A DNA stretch of 64,000 nucleotides, taken from assembly GCA_963674745.2 (NCBI GenBank), contig CAXXDV010000001.1, forward strand, positions 1,536,001 to 1,600,000, given 5' to 3'. This document shows positions 38,884-48,595 of the stretch, one piece after another. The notes beneath the pieces are model-generated. The model did no database searches. It was not told the DNA's origin and was given only the letters and a program-made list of their open reading frames with translations. Origin of the DNA: Desulfosudaceae bacterium. GTDB lineage: Bacteria; Desulfobacterota; Desulfobacteria; Desulfobacterales; Desulfosudaceae. The translations under genes were made by a program, and so were the position numbers. Numbering within the stretch: position 1 is the first letter of the stretch; every line of letters starts with the position of its first letter.

Positions 38884-39780
38884 TTACGAGGCCAGTGATT
38901 TTTGTAAAGCGCTGTGAATGTCCGGATACTGAAAGATAAAGCCGCCTGACAGCAGTTTGCCGGGGGTCGTCCGCTGACTGTACAATACCAGGCTGCCCAG
39001 TTCTCCGGCGACAAACCGCAGAGCCATAGAGGGTACCGTAAAAAAGGTCGGCCGATGAAGGGTTTTCCCCAGGGCTTTTGTAAACTGGCTGTTTCTGACC
39101 GTCTGCGGGGCGCAGAAATTGACAGGCCCCTTCAGCTTGTCTGTTTCTATGGCAAACCGGGTGGCCGCAATCAGGTCGGAAAGTTGAATCCATGGAAACC
39201 ACTGGCGGCCGGAGCCGATTTTGCCGCCCAGGCCAAGCCGAAAGGGGGGCAGCATTTTGGCAAGGGCACCCCCGGCTTGATCCAGCACAACACCAAACCG
39301 CGCAACCACCACCCGCACCCCCTTTTTTTTCGCCGCAAAAGCCTCTTTTTCCCAGTCAACGCAGACCTTGGCCAGAAAATCATCGCCGGCCGGGCTTTCT
39401 TCGTTCAGCAGCCTGTCACCACGGTCCCCGTAATAACCGGCAGCCGAGGTGCTCAGCAAAACGCAATGGCCGTTGGAAGGCAGGGCCGCTACCAGGTTGC
39501 GGGTGGTCAAAATCCGGCTGTCGTAAATAGCCTGTTTGTATTTCTCGGTCCAACGATTGAATATGTTGACGCCGGCCAGGTTGATGATGGCATTGACACC
39601 CGTGGCCGCTTTCTGCCAGTCACCGGGTTGGGTGGTATCGGCTTGAATAAAGGTAAAGCGCTCGTGTTCGATACTTTTGTGGCGATACCCCAGCCCGATA
39701 ATGTCGTGGCCGTCTTCCAGCAAAGCGCCTGCCAGGTGGCGGCCGACAAACCCGGAACTGCCGGTAATTAAAATTTTCAT
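38884..39780 (-). CDS. TIGR01777/YfcH-like NAD(P)-dependent epimerase
   Basis: ITGSSGFVG, INLAG...RWT, SRI, SAAGYYG, DFLA.VC.DWE, LGGKIGSGRQWFPWI. Confidence 0.88.
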   Translation of the reverse strand: MKILITGSSGFVGRHLAGALLEDGHDIIGLGYRHKSIEHERFTFIQADTTQPGDWQKAATGVNAIINLAGVNIFNRWTEKYKQAIYDSRILTTRNLVAALPSNGHCVLLSTSAAGYYGDRGDRLLNEESPAGDDFLAKVCVDWEKEAFAAKKKGVRVVVARFGVVLDQAGGALAKMLPPFRLGLGGKIGSGRQWFPWIQLSDLIAATRFAIETDKLKGPVNFCAPQTVRNSQFTKALGKTLHRPTFFTVPSMALRFVAGELGSLVLYSQRTTPGKLLSGGFIFQYPDIHSALQKSLAS

Positions 39781-39858
39781 GTGTGTTTTCCTTTAACGAC
39801 AAGCCCGATATTTCACCCTTCCGGCGAGTCGTCTTGAACGCTTCTGCTGTATCGCAAT

Positions 39859-39950
39859 GTAGGGGCACGGCGCGCCGTGCCCATTGACGCGCCGTGCCCG
39901 ATTGTGAATCACGTTTGGGTGCCCTTTCATCGGGCGGCCCCAGGACCCCT
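39859..39950. repeat. degenerate GTAG REP cluster
   Basis: GTAGGGGCACGGCGCGCCGTGCCC plus partial units. Confidence 0.6.
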
Positions 39951-39979
39951 GGCCCAAACCATTTTGTGATATGTCTGAA

Positions 39980-40453
39980 CTAATCGACCAGCAGTACAGA
40001 CGCTTTGTGGACCCCATGCAGTACTTTCTGGGAAACACTGCCCATAATAAATTCCATGATGCCCGACAACCCCCTTCTGCCGAGAACAACCAGGTCAAAG
40101 CCGCCGCTGTTGGCTTCGGAAATAATGTCCCGGGCAATGCCTTTATTACGCTCAACGGTTTTGGTTTTAATCCGTTTTTCGTCGAAACCCTGCTGGATCA
40201 GTTTTTGCCTGGCTTTTTCAAGCGCTTCTTTCATCAGCTCCTTTTTCTTGTCCTCCAGTATGCAGAAGGAGGACTGCTCCGCCACAAAGTACGGCGTCAA
40301 CGCAGGCCCCTGCATGGCGCACATGGCTTCCGTGTTCAGCAGTACGCTGAACAGGAGAATGTCGGCATCCTGCTTGATGCATTTGCCGACAAACTCTACC
40401 GCCCGGGCCGAATTGTCAGACTCATCCATTGCTATCAGAATTTTTTGTGCCAT
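39980..40453 (-). CDS. universal stress protein (UspA family)
   Basis: KILIAMDES..S.RAV, DLVVLGRRG...MGSVSQKV. Confidence 0.9.
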   Translation of the reverse strand: MAQKILIAMDESDNSARAVEFVGKCIKQDADILLFSVLLNTEAMCAMQGPALTPYFVAEQSSFCILEDKKKELMKEALEKARQKLIQQGFDEKRIKTKTVERNKGIARDIISEANSGGFDLVVLGRRGLSGIMEFIMGSVSQKVLHGVHKASVLLVD

Positions 40454-40490
40454 TTTTAACGCCCTCCTAATTGTATTAAGGTTGCGAACC

Positions 40491-41255
40491 CTATCCCAGT
40501 AAATTGTCCAGGGCCATCATAATAATAAAGCCGACCAGGACGCCATAAGTGGCCGGTCGGGATTTGCCTTCGGAATGGGTTTCTGGAATGATTTCATCAC
40601 TGATGACAAACAGCATGGCGCCGGCGGCAAAAGCCAGGGCCAGGGGCAGAACCGGGTTGAAAAGGGTTACCGCGCCGGCGCCCAGCAAACCGCCCACCGG
40701 CTCAACCATCCCGGTTACCGTTGCAATGCCCAGGGCTTTTAAACGGCTGTAACCCAGGCCGATCAGCGGCAGGGCCACGGCCAGACCTTCGGGCATGTTC
40801 TGCAGGCCGATACCGATGGCCAGGCTGGTGCCGGCCCCGACATCACCGGTGCCGAATCCGACACCCACGGCCATGCCTTCCGGAAAATTATGAATGGTGA
40901 TGGCAATGATAAACAGCCAGATCCGCTTCATCCGTGATGACGGCCCTTCCGGTCCTTTGATGAAATGTTCGTGCGGCATTTTTTTGTCAATGATATCAAG
41001 TATAATCCCGCCCAGAAGAATGCCGAACATCATTATGTAGACGCCATAACCCGGCCAGACAAGGTCGCCATGTGCGATTCCGGGTATAATCAGGGAAAAA
41101 GAGGTGGCCGCCAGCATAACACCGGCTGAGGCACCCAGCATAATAGAAAGTGTTTTACGGGAAACATGACCGACAAAAAGAACCGGCAGTGCCCCGAGCC
41201 CGGTTCCCAGGCCGGCCAGCGCGCTGGCAATGACGCCATATAAGAAAAGACTCAT
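40491..41255 (-). CDS. ZIP family divalent-metal transporter (ZupT/GufA-like)
   Basis: HNFPEGMAVG, QNMPEG, FAAGAML..ISDEIIPE. Confidence 0.92.
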   Translation of the reverse strand: MSLFLYGVIASALAGLGTGLGALPVLFVGHVSRKTLSIMLGASAGVMLAATSFSLIIPGIAHGDLVWPGYGVYIMMFGILLGGIILDIIDKKMPHEHFIKGPEGPSSRMKRIWLFIIAITIHNFPEGMAVGVGFGTGDVGAGTSLAIGIGLQNMPEGLAVALPLIGLGYSRLKALGIATVTGMVEPVGGLLGAGAVTLFNPVLPLALAFAAGAMLFVISDEIIPETHSEGKSRPATYGVLVGFIIMMALDNLLG

Positions 41256-41372
41256 GATGTTTGCCCTGTTTGCCGGTTTGATCGGTTATTTTTAACGCCG
41301 ATGAAGATAGCGTTGATTATTCAACAATATAATAGAAACATATAAGCAGCAAGAATAAATCAATAAAACCGG

Positions 41373-41461
41373 TATTCCACGAATTGATTGAACCCGGTCG
41401 CCTGGCTGCTTCTGCCGGGCTCAGGACTCGAATTCATGCAGGGGCACGGCGTGCCGTGCCC
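41373..41461. repeat. ~65-bp repeated element (copy 1 of 3) plus abutting REP
   Basis: TATTCCACGAATTGAT...CCCG...TGGCTGCTTCTGC...CAGGACTCGAATTCAT then GCAGGGGCAC; homologous to 57436-57496 and 58964-59029. Confidence 0.6.
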
Positions 41462-41577
41462 GTTTGTTTTTGATGTTTATCAAAAAAAATGTGAAATATC
41501 GGGCTAAAAAGGTTGGCCCAAGGCTCTGGCTTGAGTAAAATAGAGAACAGATCAACCGCAAAAAAAATATTTGAGCA

Positions 41578-41757
41578 ATGGATGATGCCACCAGAAAAAA
41601 CCGGTTGGAAAAATTGATCAAGGCATTGAAGTCCTGGAAAGGTGCCAAACCGGATTACGACAACCTGGATTTCTCCCGCTACCGTCAGACTGAAGAGGCG
41701 TATCAGGAAGAGCAGCGGGAGTGGCTTAACAGCCGCCGCAAAAAGAAGCCGCAGTAA
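41578..41757 (+). CDS. 59-aa hypothetical protein (below the ORF-track cutoff)
   Basis: MDDATRKNRLEKLIKALKSWKGAKPDYDNLDFSRYRQTEEAYQEEQREWLNSRRKKKPQ; coding-like codon use; weak RBS. Confidence 0.55.
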   Translation: MDDATRKNRLEKLIKALKSWKGAKPDYDNLDFSRYRQTEEAYQEEQREWLNSRRKKKPQ

Positions 41758-41924
41758 GTCTTTTTGTTCGCGTCACGATCATTTTGGGCGGCCTTAAAAT
41801 CTTTCTCTAAACGGCTCGAACTCGGGCTAACGCCCTCAGACAGCGAGCAGTTCTTTACGCGAAAGCTTTTAAGGCCTTTTCTCCCAAAATGATCGGATGC
41901 CGCTCACAAAAAGACTTACTGCGG
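41749..41924. repeat. long imperfect hairpin element, copy 2
   Basis: Arms CCGCAGTAAGTCTTTTT / AAAAAGACTTACTGCGG; inner stem GGCCTTAAAA/TTTTAAGGCC; core shared with 8296-8329. Confidence 0.8.
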
Positions 41925-42010
41925 GACCGGCGGAAGGTATCGCCTTACGCCTCGAGACTTGCGCGCCTTGACCTTGAACCTCAATCCAATCTTCGTCATC
42001 CCGGGCCCTG

Positions 42011-42148
42011 GAGACTGTGTCGCAATTCAAAACAAGCCGGAAAAAGAGTGTTTTCCGGAATGGTTTTACCATTAAAATTCAAAGAAAGTTCGTTATACGA
42101 CAAATTAGGAAGTCGCTTTTTTTGAATAAACAATTGTGACACAGTCTC
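42011..42148. mobile_element. 138-bp MITE with 17-bp TIRs and 4-bp TSD (IS1182-like ends)
   Basis: GAGACTGTGTCGCAATT / AATTGTGACACAGTCTC (1 mismatch), flanked by a CCTG duplication; splits a CGTCATCCCG...CGGGATGACG palindrome. Confidence 0.8.
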
Positions 42149-42239
42149 CCTGACACGGGATGACGATTTGACGGACAATTTCAGTGTTTTTGGACATGGG
42201 GGTTGAGATTTTGCAGTGACGAATGGTGCTTATTGCGTT

Positions 42240-42307
42240 GTCGTAATGCCCACATCAAGGGCACCTCGCAGTGGCGATCTGGATTCCGGCTTTCGCCGGA
42301 ATGACGG
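42240..42307. repeat. CGTC-type palindromic repeat remnant
   Basis: CTGGATTCCGGCTTTCGCCGGAATGACG hairpin. Confidence 0.6.
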
Positions 42308-42348
42308 GCGCACGTCAACATTTATTCTCGTCCACAATCCACTTCGAC

Positions 42349-42380
42349 GGGTGGCACGGGCGAAGCGAAGCTTGCCCGTG
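42349..42380. repeat. second REP-like family (GGGTGSCACGGGC...GCTTGCCCGTG)
   Basis: Near-identical unit at 52702-52734, with an inverted partner at 52758-52793. Confidence 0.7.
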
Positions 42381-42388
42381 GAAAGGCG

Positions 42389-43516
42389 TTACAGCAGCTC
42401 CTTGAGTTCCGGCAGAAGTTTATGCATGGCCTTGTGAAGGGCGAATTCCGACAGGTCGGCCGGTTTTATCCAGCGAAAATCATCCGGTCCGTCCAGACGG
42501 ACCCGGCCGGACAGTATGCGGCAGACAAAGGCGTCCAGGTCCAGTTTAAAGTGGGTATAGGCATGCTGAATCCGGGCCAGGGGTTTTTCAACCGTTACCT
42601 TCAGCCTGACGGTCCGGTAAACCGCTTCCCGGCAGGCTGATTCCGCAGACTGCCCTTTTTCTAACGGACCTGAGGGAAACTCCCACAGCCCGCCCAGCAG
42701 CCCCCGGGCAGGTCGACGGACAATCAGGATCTTTCCCTGTTTGATAATAATAGCCGCGGTCTGGTGCCGGTGAGGCGTTTTTCTGCCGGGAACGCGTACG
42801 GGGAAATCCTGTACCCGCCTTAGTTGAAAAGCGCCGCATTCTTTTTGGGCGGGGCACCGGTCGCATTTCGGCTGACGGGGCGAACAGACCAGGGCGCCCA
42901 GTTCCATCATGGCCTGGTTCCAGGTGCCGGGGTCGTGGTGGTCCAGAAGCAGGCCGGCCAGTTCCCGGTAGCTTTTGTATGAACCGGCCTGGTTGACCGG
43001 GTCCGGTTTTAAAAACAGCCTGGCCAGTACCCGTTTGACGTTTCCGTCTACCACCGGCAATCGATGGCCGAAAGCAATACTTTGAACGGCGGCATTGATA
43101 TAGTCGCCCACCCCCGGTAACAGGATAAAATGCACCGGGCTGTCCGGTACCCGGGGCGTTCCCATGGAAACCAGATTTCTGGCGGCCAGGTGAAGGTTTC
43201 TGGCCCGCGAGTAATAGCCCAGGCCTTCCCAGGCTTTGAGGACACGGTCCGGATCTGCTTCGGCCAGGGACGAGAGGTTCGGAAACTGTTGAATAAAACG
43301 GTTAAAATAATCGACTACCGTGGCCACCTGGGTCTGCTGCAGCATCACTTCCGATACCCAGATATGGTAAGGGTCTGCGGTTGTCCGCCAGGGAAGATCG
43401 CGCCGGTTGGTTTGATACCAGCGAAGCAGCCGTTTTTGAAAAGCGGCAATTGTACCGGCCTCGGTATTGTCCGCCAGGGATTGTTTTGATCGACCGGAAC
43501 GGAAAGCTTTTTTCAT
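42389..43516 (-). CDS. mutY: A/G-specific adenine glycosylase with C-terminal NUDIX-like domain
   Basis: RDLPWR, WVSEVMLQQTQV, WEGLGYYSRA, VDGNVKRV, C-x6-C-x2-C-x5-C Fe-S loop, GGLWEFP, HAYTHF. Confidence 0.95.
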   Translation of the reverse strand: MKKAFRSGRSKQSLADNTEAGTIAAFQKRLLRWYQTNRRDLPWRTTADPYHIWVSEVMLQQTQVATVVDYFNRFIQQFPNLSSLAEADPDRVLKAWEGLGYYSRARNLHLAARNLVSMGTPRVPDSPVHFILLPGVGDYINAAVQSIAFGHRLPVVDGNVKRVLARLFLKPDPVNQAGSYKSYRELAGLLLDHHDPGTWNQAMMELGALVCSPRQPKCDRCPAQKECGAFQLRRVQDFPVRVPGRKTPHRHQTAAIIIKQGKILIVRRPARGLLGGLWEFPSGPLEKGQSAESACREAVYRTVRLKVTVEKPLARIQHAYTHFKLDLDAFVCRILSGRVRLDGPDDFRWIKPADLSEFALHKAMHKLLPELKELL

Positions 43517-43559
43517 TTGTCTTTACGATTATTCCGAAAGAGGCCGGACGCAAACACAC

Positions 43560-43703
43560 GTAGGGGCACCCCCCTGTGGGTGCCCTTTCACGGGCAGGCA
43601 CGGGGGCCTGCCCCTACAATATGCATGAACTCCCGCCTCGATCCGTAGGGGCACCCCCCTGTGGGTGCCCTTTTTTCGGGCGGCCACAAGAGGCCGCCCT
43701 TAC
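43560..43703. repeat. two GTAG REP doublets
   Basis: 43560-43617 and 43645-43703, each starting GTAGGGGCACCCCCCTGTGGGTGCCC and ending with an inverted unit. Confidence 0.85.
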
Positions 43704-43734
43704 GTTTATTGAAAGATGCCATGAAAGGATCGGG

Positions 43735-45072
43735 CTACAGGCTTTGCTGAATTTCAGACATGATGGTTATTGGCAGCGTGTAAGTTCCCTTTCCTGTGAT
43801 CTGATCGACCAGTCGCTGTGAGGCAATGCGGTAGCAAAGCCGGGCGGTCACCGTCAGTCCGGTGTCCGGGGCGGTTTCGGGCAGATAAAAGGTCTGCGAG
43901 GCCGATTTGCGGGGCGGGATCCGATTGTCTGACAGAACTTCACGGGCTTTGGCCAGGTTGTCCACCGGTCGCCCCTGCCCGTCACCGAAAACCGTCTGGT
44001 AGAGCAGGACATCGTCTCTCAGGTAACCGTTTTTGTCGGGCTGCCCCGAGGCGTAAACCACACGGCCGGATTTTTTTTCGGTGACCGTTATGTCCAGCCA
44101 CATCTGGCGTACGTTGCTCAAACCGGTGGGCAGTTTATGGCCGGCGCCGGTGTTGGTGATCGTAATGATAAAGCTGTTGCCTTTAATGCCAGGGCTTTTC
44201 AGGGCCAGGGAGGCGGCGTTTTTCAGCCGCTCTTCAGCCATTTGAACCTTGTCCTGTCCGCCAAAGGCGGCCGGCAAAAAATTATTGCCGCCCACAAAAT
44301 TGTGGGTGAAGACATGGGGCCGTTCGGGCCCGATCTCCGAGGCATGTCCCGGATTGTCCGGCCGGGGGGTGCTGCCGGTGGCCGGTATACCCGGTCGCTG
44401 GAACATGTGGCAGCCCTGGCAGGTTACCCGCTTTTTGGGGTCACGGGCGTTGTAAGAGCTGTTGCGCCATTCATCGTAGGTGGTTTCCAGGTCGATATCA
44501 AAGGCCACATGTTTGACATTATGGCAGGTACCGCAGATACCCGGATTGACATGAAATTCCGAGTAGGCTGCATCATGAAATTCAGGTTCAGGGTCTTTTC
44601 TCGGACCGCGTTTTACGCCGGGGTCGTCTTCACCGAATCCGGGCGAGAGAATCATCCCGTTATTGTACATCCGGGTGGCGCCGACGGCTGAGTGACAAAA
44701 ATCGCATTGTACGCCAAAGGTGGCGATTTCCGGGACAGCCGACAGATCATCGGATGTTTTCCGGGGGTTGCCTGAAGCCACGCCGACCGGTGTGTGGCAC
44801 TTGACGCAGGCTTCGGCTTCCTCGATTTCTCCGGCGTCGGTCAGGCCCTTGAGAAAATATTTGGCCACGGCATTGTAGACCGGGTCCTGGTGGGACAGAT
44901 TATGGGTCGAGTTTTCCCACTGGCTGTGAATTTCGGCGTGACAATCACTGCAGACCGAAGGGTCAATAAAGCGGTCAACCACGAACGTCTCACCCGCGTG
45001 TGCCGTTAAGGCAAAAACCAGCGGTAGACACAGCAAAACGGTCGCCAAACCGCGTCCAACAAAAATATTCAT
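43735..45072 (-). CDS. periplasmic pentaheme cytochrome c
   Basis: Signal peptide (AHA); CSDCH, CVKCH, CDFCH, CGTCH, CQGCH; C-terminal NTGAGHKLPTG..RQMWL domain. Confidence 0.9.
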   Translation of the reverse strand: MNIFVGRGLATVLLCLPLVFALTAHAGETFVVDRFIDPSVCSDCHAEIHSQWENSTHNLSHQDPVYNAVAKYFLKGLTDAGEIEEAEACVKCHTPVGVASGNPRKTSDDLSAVPEIATFGVQCDFCHSAVGATRMYNNGMILSPGFGEDDPGVKRGPRKDPEPEFHDAAYSEFHVNPGICGTCHNVKHVAFDIDLETTYDEWRNSSYNARDPKKRVTCQGCHMFQRPGIPATGSTPRPDNPGHASEIGPERPHVFTHNFVGGNNFLPAAFGGQDKVQMAEERLKNAASLALKSPGIKGNSFIITITNTGAGHKLPTGLSNVRQMWLDITVTEKKSGRVVYASGQPDKNGYLRDDVLLYQTVFGDGQGRPVDNLAKAREVLSDNRIPPRKSASQTFYLPETAPDTGLTVTARLCYRIASQRLVDQITGKGTYTLPITIMSEIQQSL

Positions 45073-45219
45073 GTGTCACCTTTATAGAAGATAGCGCCTA
45101 TAGCATATTACAAATATAATTAACTTATTGTGAGGGTAGTGACTTATAAAAATTGGTTTTTACCTAATAATATGACAAAAGATTTTTATAAACATATTAA
45201 CTCGTATAGGAAAAAACGG

Positions 45220-45344
45220 GATGGCCAAGTAAAACGTTCAAGATCAAGGCGCCACAAATCTCGAGGAATGCAGCGTACATGGTAGTACGTGAAATTCCGA
45301 GAGATGCAGTGCAACGCAGATATTGGACGTTTTACTTGGCCATC
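45220..45344. mobile_element. 125-bp MITE-like element
   Basis: 26-bp TIRs with 2 mismatches (GATGGCCAAGTAAAACGTTCAAGATC vs GATATTGGACGTTTTACTTGGCCATC) and internal palindromes; fragments at 28291-28337 and 41950-41980. Confidence 0.75.
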
Positions 45345-45348
45345 AAAC

Positions 45349-45822
45349 CTACTTCAACTGTTCAAGCTTGTCGGTCAATAACACCAGGTGGCTCATTTCT
45401 TCCTTGATAATGCCATTGATCTTTTCTTTTCCAAGACCGGCGCCAACCAGCTCCCGCATACCGACATAAAAAGCAATCGAATCCTTTTCGGTTACAATGG
45501 CTTCTTTCAGCACTTCTTCCATCGAGTTCAGGTCTATGGCTTTTTCATCAAAAACCCGACGGTCGGCCAGGGCTTTCAAATACCTGGCGGTTTCGTCCTC
45601 AGGGTCAAAGGCCCCTGGTTTTTTGTCACTATCTGACAGCTCGGCCCTTAAACCGGCAAACGTCTTTTCATGCTGGTCTTCCATCCCGGCCAGCTCTTCG
45701 AGCATATTCCGGGTCGTCTCATCCGGCGCCCCTTTGGCTGCTGTGCGGTAGAAAGCCGCGCCGTTACGTTCGATCTCTTCGGCAATGGCCAGTATCTCAT
45801 CAATATTAAAATCAAACCCCAT
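45349..45822 (-). CDS. ferritin-like/rubrerythrin-family di-iron protein
   Basis: IE.NG..FY, EDQH, EKDS..FY, EEMSH. Confidence 0.9.
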   Translation of the reverse strand: MGFDFNIDEILAIAEEIERNGAAFYRTAAKGAPDETTRNMLEELAGMEDQHEKTFAGLRAELSDSDKKPGAFDPEDETARYLKALADRRVFDEKAIDLNSMEEVLKEAIVTEKDSIAFYVGMRELVGAGLGKEKINGIIKEEMSHLVLLTDKLEQLK

Positions 45823-45843
45823 TTTCAGCTCCTTTTAGCCGCT

Positions 45844-46308
45844 TCAGGCATTCTTGAGCAGTTCGCTCAGCAGCCGGATGTGGCCCATTTCTTCTTTGAT
45901 GATGGCTTCGACTTTCATTTTGCCGCTTTCATCCGGCACCATGGCCTTGATGCCCAGGTAATAAACAACAGAATCTTTTTCGGCCATAATGGCTTCATGC
46001 AGGATGGTTTTCATGGAAGAAAGGTCGATCTCTCTTTTGAAGAACACCTCGGTATCAACGATTGACTTCAGGTAAGCGGCCGCTTCTCCGTCAGGGTCAA
46101 AGTAGTCTGGATTGTCTGCGCCAAGCTGATCGCGAAGCGAATTGAATGTCTTTTCATGGTCGACTTCCATTTCCGCCAGGTCAAGCAGGATCTTCTTGTT
46201 TTTTTCGTCCTTGATGGAATCTGCGGCCTGCCGATAAAAAGCGGCCCCGTTTTGCTCCATTTTTACTGCCATTTCAAACACTTCACCTGCATTAAAAATC
46301 TGGGTCAT
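45844..46308 (-). CDS. ferritin-like/rubrerythrin-family di-iron protein (tandem paralogue)
   Basis: ME.NG..FY, EVDH, EKDS..YY, EEMGH; clearly homologous to 45349-45822. Confidence 0.9.
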   Translation of the reverse strand: MTQIFNAGEVFEMAVKMEQNGAAFYRQAADSIKDEKNKKILLDLAEMEVDHEKTFNSLRDQLGADNPDYFDPDGEAAAYLKSIVDTEVFFKREIDLSSMKTILHEAIMAEKDSVVYYLGIKAMVPDESGKMKVEAIIKEEMGHIRLLSELLKNA

Positions 46309-46356
46309 AATGATGGCTCCTTATATTAATCGAAATTGTGTTATTTAAAAAAGGTA

Positions 46357-46557
46357 CTATAACATAGAATCAAAAGATTTCTTGGTGGCCCCGCAAACCG
46401 GGCACTTCCACTCTTCCGGAAGGTCGCAAAAAAGCGTATTTTTGCAGATTTTACCCTTTCGGTCCCCTTTTTCGGAATTGTATATGTATCCACAATTCGT
46501 GGTCCGGCAGCGGTGCATATCAAGTTTATTATCCGTTTTGTTCTCTTCCTGGCCCAT
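46357..46557 (-). CDS. rubredoxin
   Basis: GGAGG RBS before MGQEE; CRTTNCGYIY...DLPEEWKCPVCGATK. Confidence 0.88.
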   Translation of the reverse strand: MGQEENKTDNKLDMHRCRTTNCGYIYNSEKGDRKGKICKNTLFCDLPEEWKCPVCGATKKSFDSML

Positions 46558-46783
46558 ATTGTCCTCCCTGATGATTTTGTATTTTAAATTTAAAATAGTA
46601 TCAAAATGAGACAAATCAAGGCAAGGGGTTTTTTATAAAGGCCGGGGCGGGGAAGAACGGGCGCGACCCGCGGAGCAATACCGGACCCCGGTTCTCAGCG
46701 GCATAAAATTTCTTGCTCCGGAAAAGGCCTCTTGTTATATCTTATGGTGGTCAAGAATAAAACACTCATCTTTGGGGTAAAAC

Positions 46784-48493
46784 ATGAATTCTCTGGTACT
46801 GGTGGTTCTGGTCGGGGGGGCTTTTGTTCTGGCGTATTACACGTATGGCCGTTTTCTGGCAAAACGGATTTTTCAGATTGAACCGGAAAATGAATGCCCG
46901 AGCTGCACGCTGCAGGACAACTATGATTACATTCCCACCCCGAAACATGTCCTGTTCGGGCATCATTTTACATCCATTGCCGGCCTGGGGCCCATCGTGG
47001 GGCCGGCCATCGTGGTGATCTGGGGCTGGGTTCCGGCCATGCTCTGGATTGTGTTCGGGGCGATCTTCTTCGGCGCGGTGCACGACTTCGGCGCCCTGGT
47101 TGTTTCCCTGCGCAAAGACGGCCGGTCCATCGGTGATGTGGCCGCCGACCTGATCGGTCCCCGGGTCCGTTTTTTGTTTCTGCTGATTATTTTTTTCGAG
47201 CTCTGGCTGATCATCGCCATATTCGCCATGATCATCGCCATGTTGTTTACCCTGTATCCTCAGTCCGTTATTCCGGTATGGTCGGAAATTCCCATCGCCA
47301 TGGTGCTTGGCTGGTGGGTCTATGCCAGAAAAGGGGACATCTTTTGGCCCAGCATCCTGGCGGTGGGGCTCATGTATGTGTTTGTCTGGGTGGGTGCTCT
47401 GGTGCCGGTCGATCTGGCCGCCCTGGGGTTGACGTCTAACCCGCTGATCACCTGGATTATTATCATCGCGTTGTATGCGTTGATCGCCTCGTTGTTGCCG
47501 GTCCAGGTTTTGTTGCAGCCGCGGGATTTTATCAATTCACACCAGCTCATGATTGCCGGCGGCCTTCTTCTGGCCGGTGTCGTCTGGGTTCACCCCCCGA
47601 TAATGGCGCCGGCTGTACATCTTCACCCGGCCGGTGCGCCGCCCATGCTGCCGCTTCTTTTCGTCATTATGGCCTGCGGTGCGATTTCCGGCTTTCACTG
47701 CCTGGTCAGTTCCGGCACCTCTTCCAAGCAATGCGAAAACGAGCGGGACGCGCAATTTATTTCATACGGCAGCATGCTGATGGAAGGCGCCCTGGCTACT
47801 TTGGTTGTTGTCGCCTGCACGGCCGGTCTGACCCTGGGGCTTAAAGTCGGGGGTGAGAAGCTGGGCGGGGCCGCCGCCTTTAATGCCCACTATGCCAGCT
47901 GGCAGGCTGCCAGCGGTTTGTCGGCCAAACTGGATGCCTTTATCCAGGGGGCATCCAATCTGCTGGAAGGGATGGGTATTCCCGAGTCTTTCTGCCTGGC
48001 TGTCATGGCGGTATTTATTGTTTCATTCGCAGCCACAACAATAGACTCGGCCACGCGTATTCAGCGCTATATCGTGGTCGAACTGGGCAAGGCGACCAAG
48101 ATCAAGCCTTTGACCGGAAATACAGCCGCCACGTTTTTTGCCATCATAACGGCACTGCTGCTGGCCTTTTATGACGGTACCGGCAAGGGCGCTTTACGTC
48201 TCTGGCCGCTGTTTGGGACCGTTAATCAGCTTTTGGCCGGTCTGGCCCTGCTGGCCGTAACCATTTTCCTGGCCCGGAAGAAAATCAGCATCCGCTATAC
48301 GCTTACACCGATGGTGCTGATGCTGGTTGTCACCGGCTGGGCCATGGTGCTGAATATCAGGACGTTTTACGATGCCCAGAACTGGCTGCTGCTGGTCATC
48401 GGCCTCCTGGTCATGGGCCTGAACGTCTGGCTTGTTCTGGAAGGCCTGGTGGCCTTAAAGGGTTTTGTGACGAAACCGGATCGGACCGATTAA
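46784..48493 (+). CDS. cstA: carbon starvation protein A family transporter
   Basis: LFGHHFTSIAGLGPIVGP, GAVHDF, ACGAISGFH, YGSMLMEG, LWPLFGTVNQLLA. Confidence 0.93.
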   Translation: MNSLVLVVLVGGAFVLAYYTYGRFLAKRIFQIEPENECPSCTLQDNYDYIPTPKHVLFGHHFTSIAGLGPIVGPAIVVIWGWVPAMLWIVFGAIFFGAVHDFGALVVSLRKDGRSIGDVAADLIGPRVRFLFLLIIFFELWLIIAIFAMIIAMLFTLYPQSVIPVWSEIPIAMVLGWWVYARKGDIFWPSILAVGLMYVFVWVGALVPVDLAALGLTSNPLITWIIIIALYALIASLLPVQVLLQPRDFINSHQLMIAGGLLLAGVVWVHPPIMAPAVHLHPAGAPPMLPLLFVIMACGAISGFHCLVSSGTSSKQCENERDAQFISYGSMLMEGALATLVVVACTAGLTLGLKVGGEKLGGAAAFNAHYASWQAASGLSAKLDAFIQGASNLLEGMGIPESFCLAVMAVFIVSFAATTIDSATRIQRYIVVELGKATKIKPLTGNTAATFFAIITALLLAFYDGTGKGALRLWPLFGTVNQLLAGLALLAVTIFLARKKISIRYTLTPMVLMLVVTGWAMVLNIRTFYDAQNWLLLVIGLLVMGLNVWLVLEGLVALKGFVTKPDRTD

Positions 48494-48595
48494 CGGGCAC
48501 ACAGGGCTCTTCTAGAATCCATCGATTTGACTGAGCATTAGACAATTTGTTTACTACCATTAATCCGGAGATGAACCAAAAATAAGGAGCGTCTT

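Noticed and set aside
41312..41325. GTTGA-TTAT-TCAAC palindrome upstream of the ZIP transporter as a Fur/Zur box
   Set aside because: Too short, and its spacing does not fit the Fur/Zur consensus.
43735..45072. Multiheme cytochrome as a second selenoprotein
   Set aside because: The ORF is intact, ends in TAG and contains no in-frame TGA.
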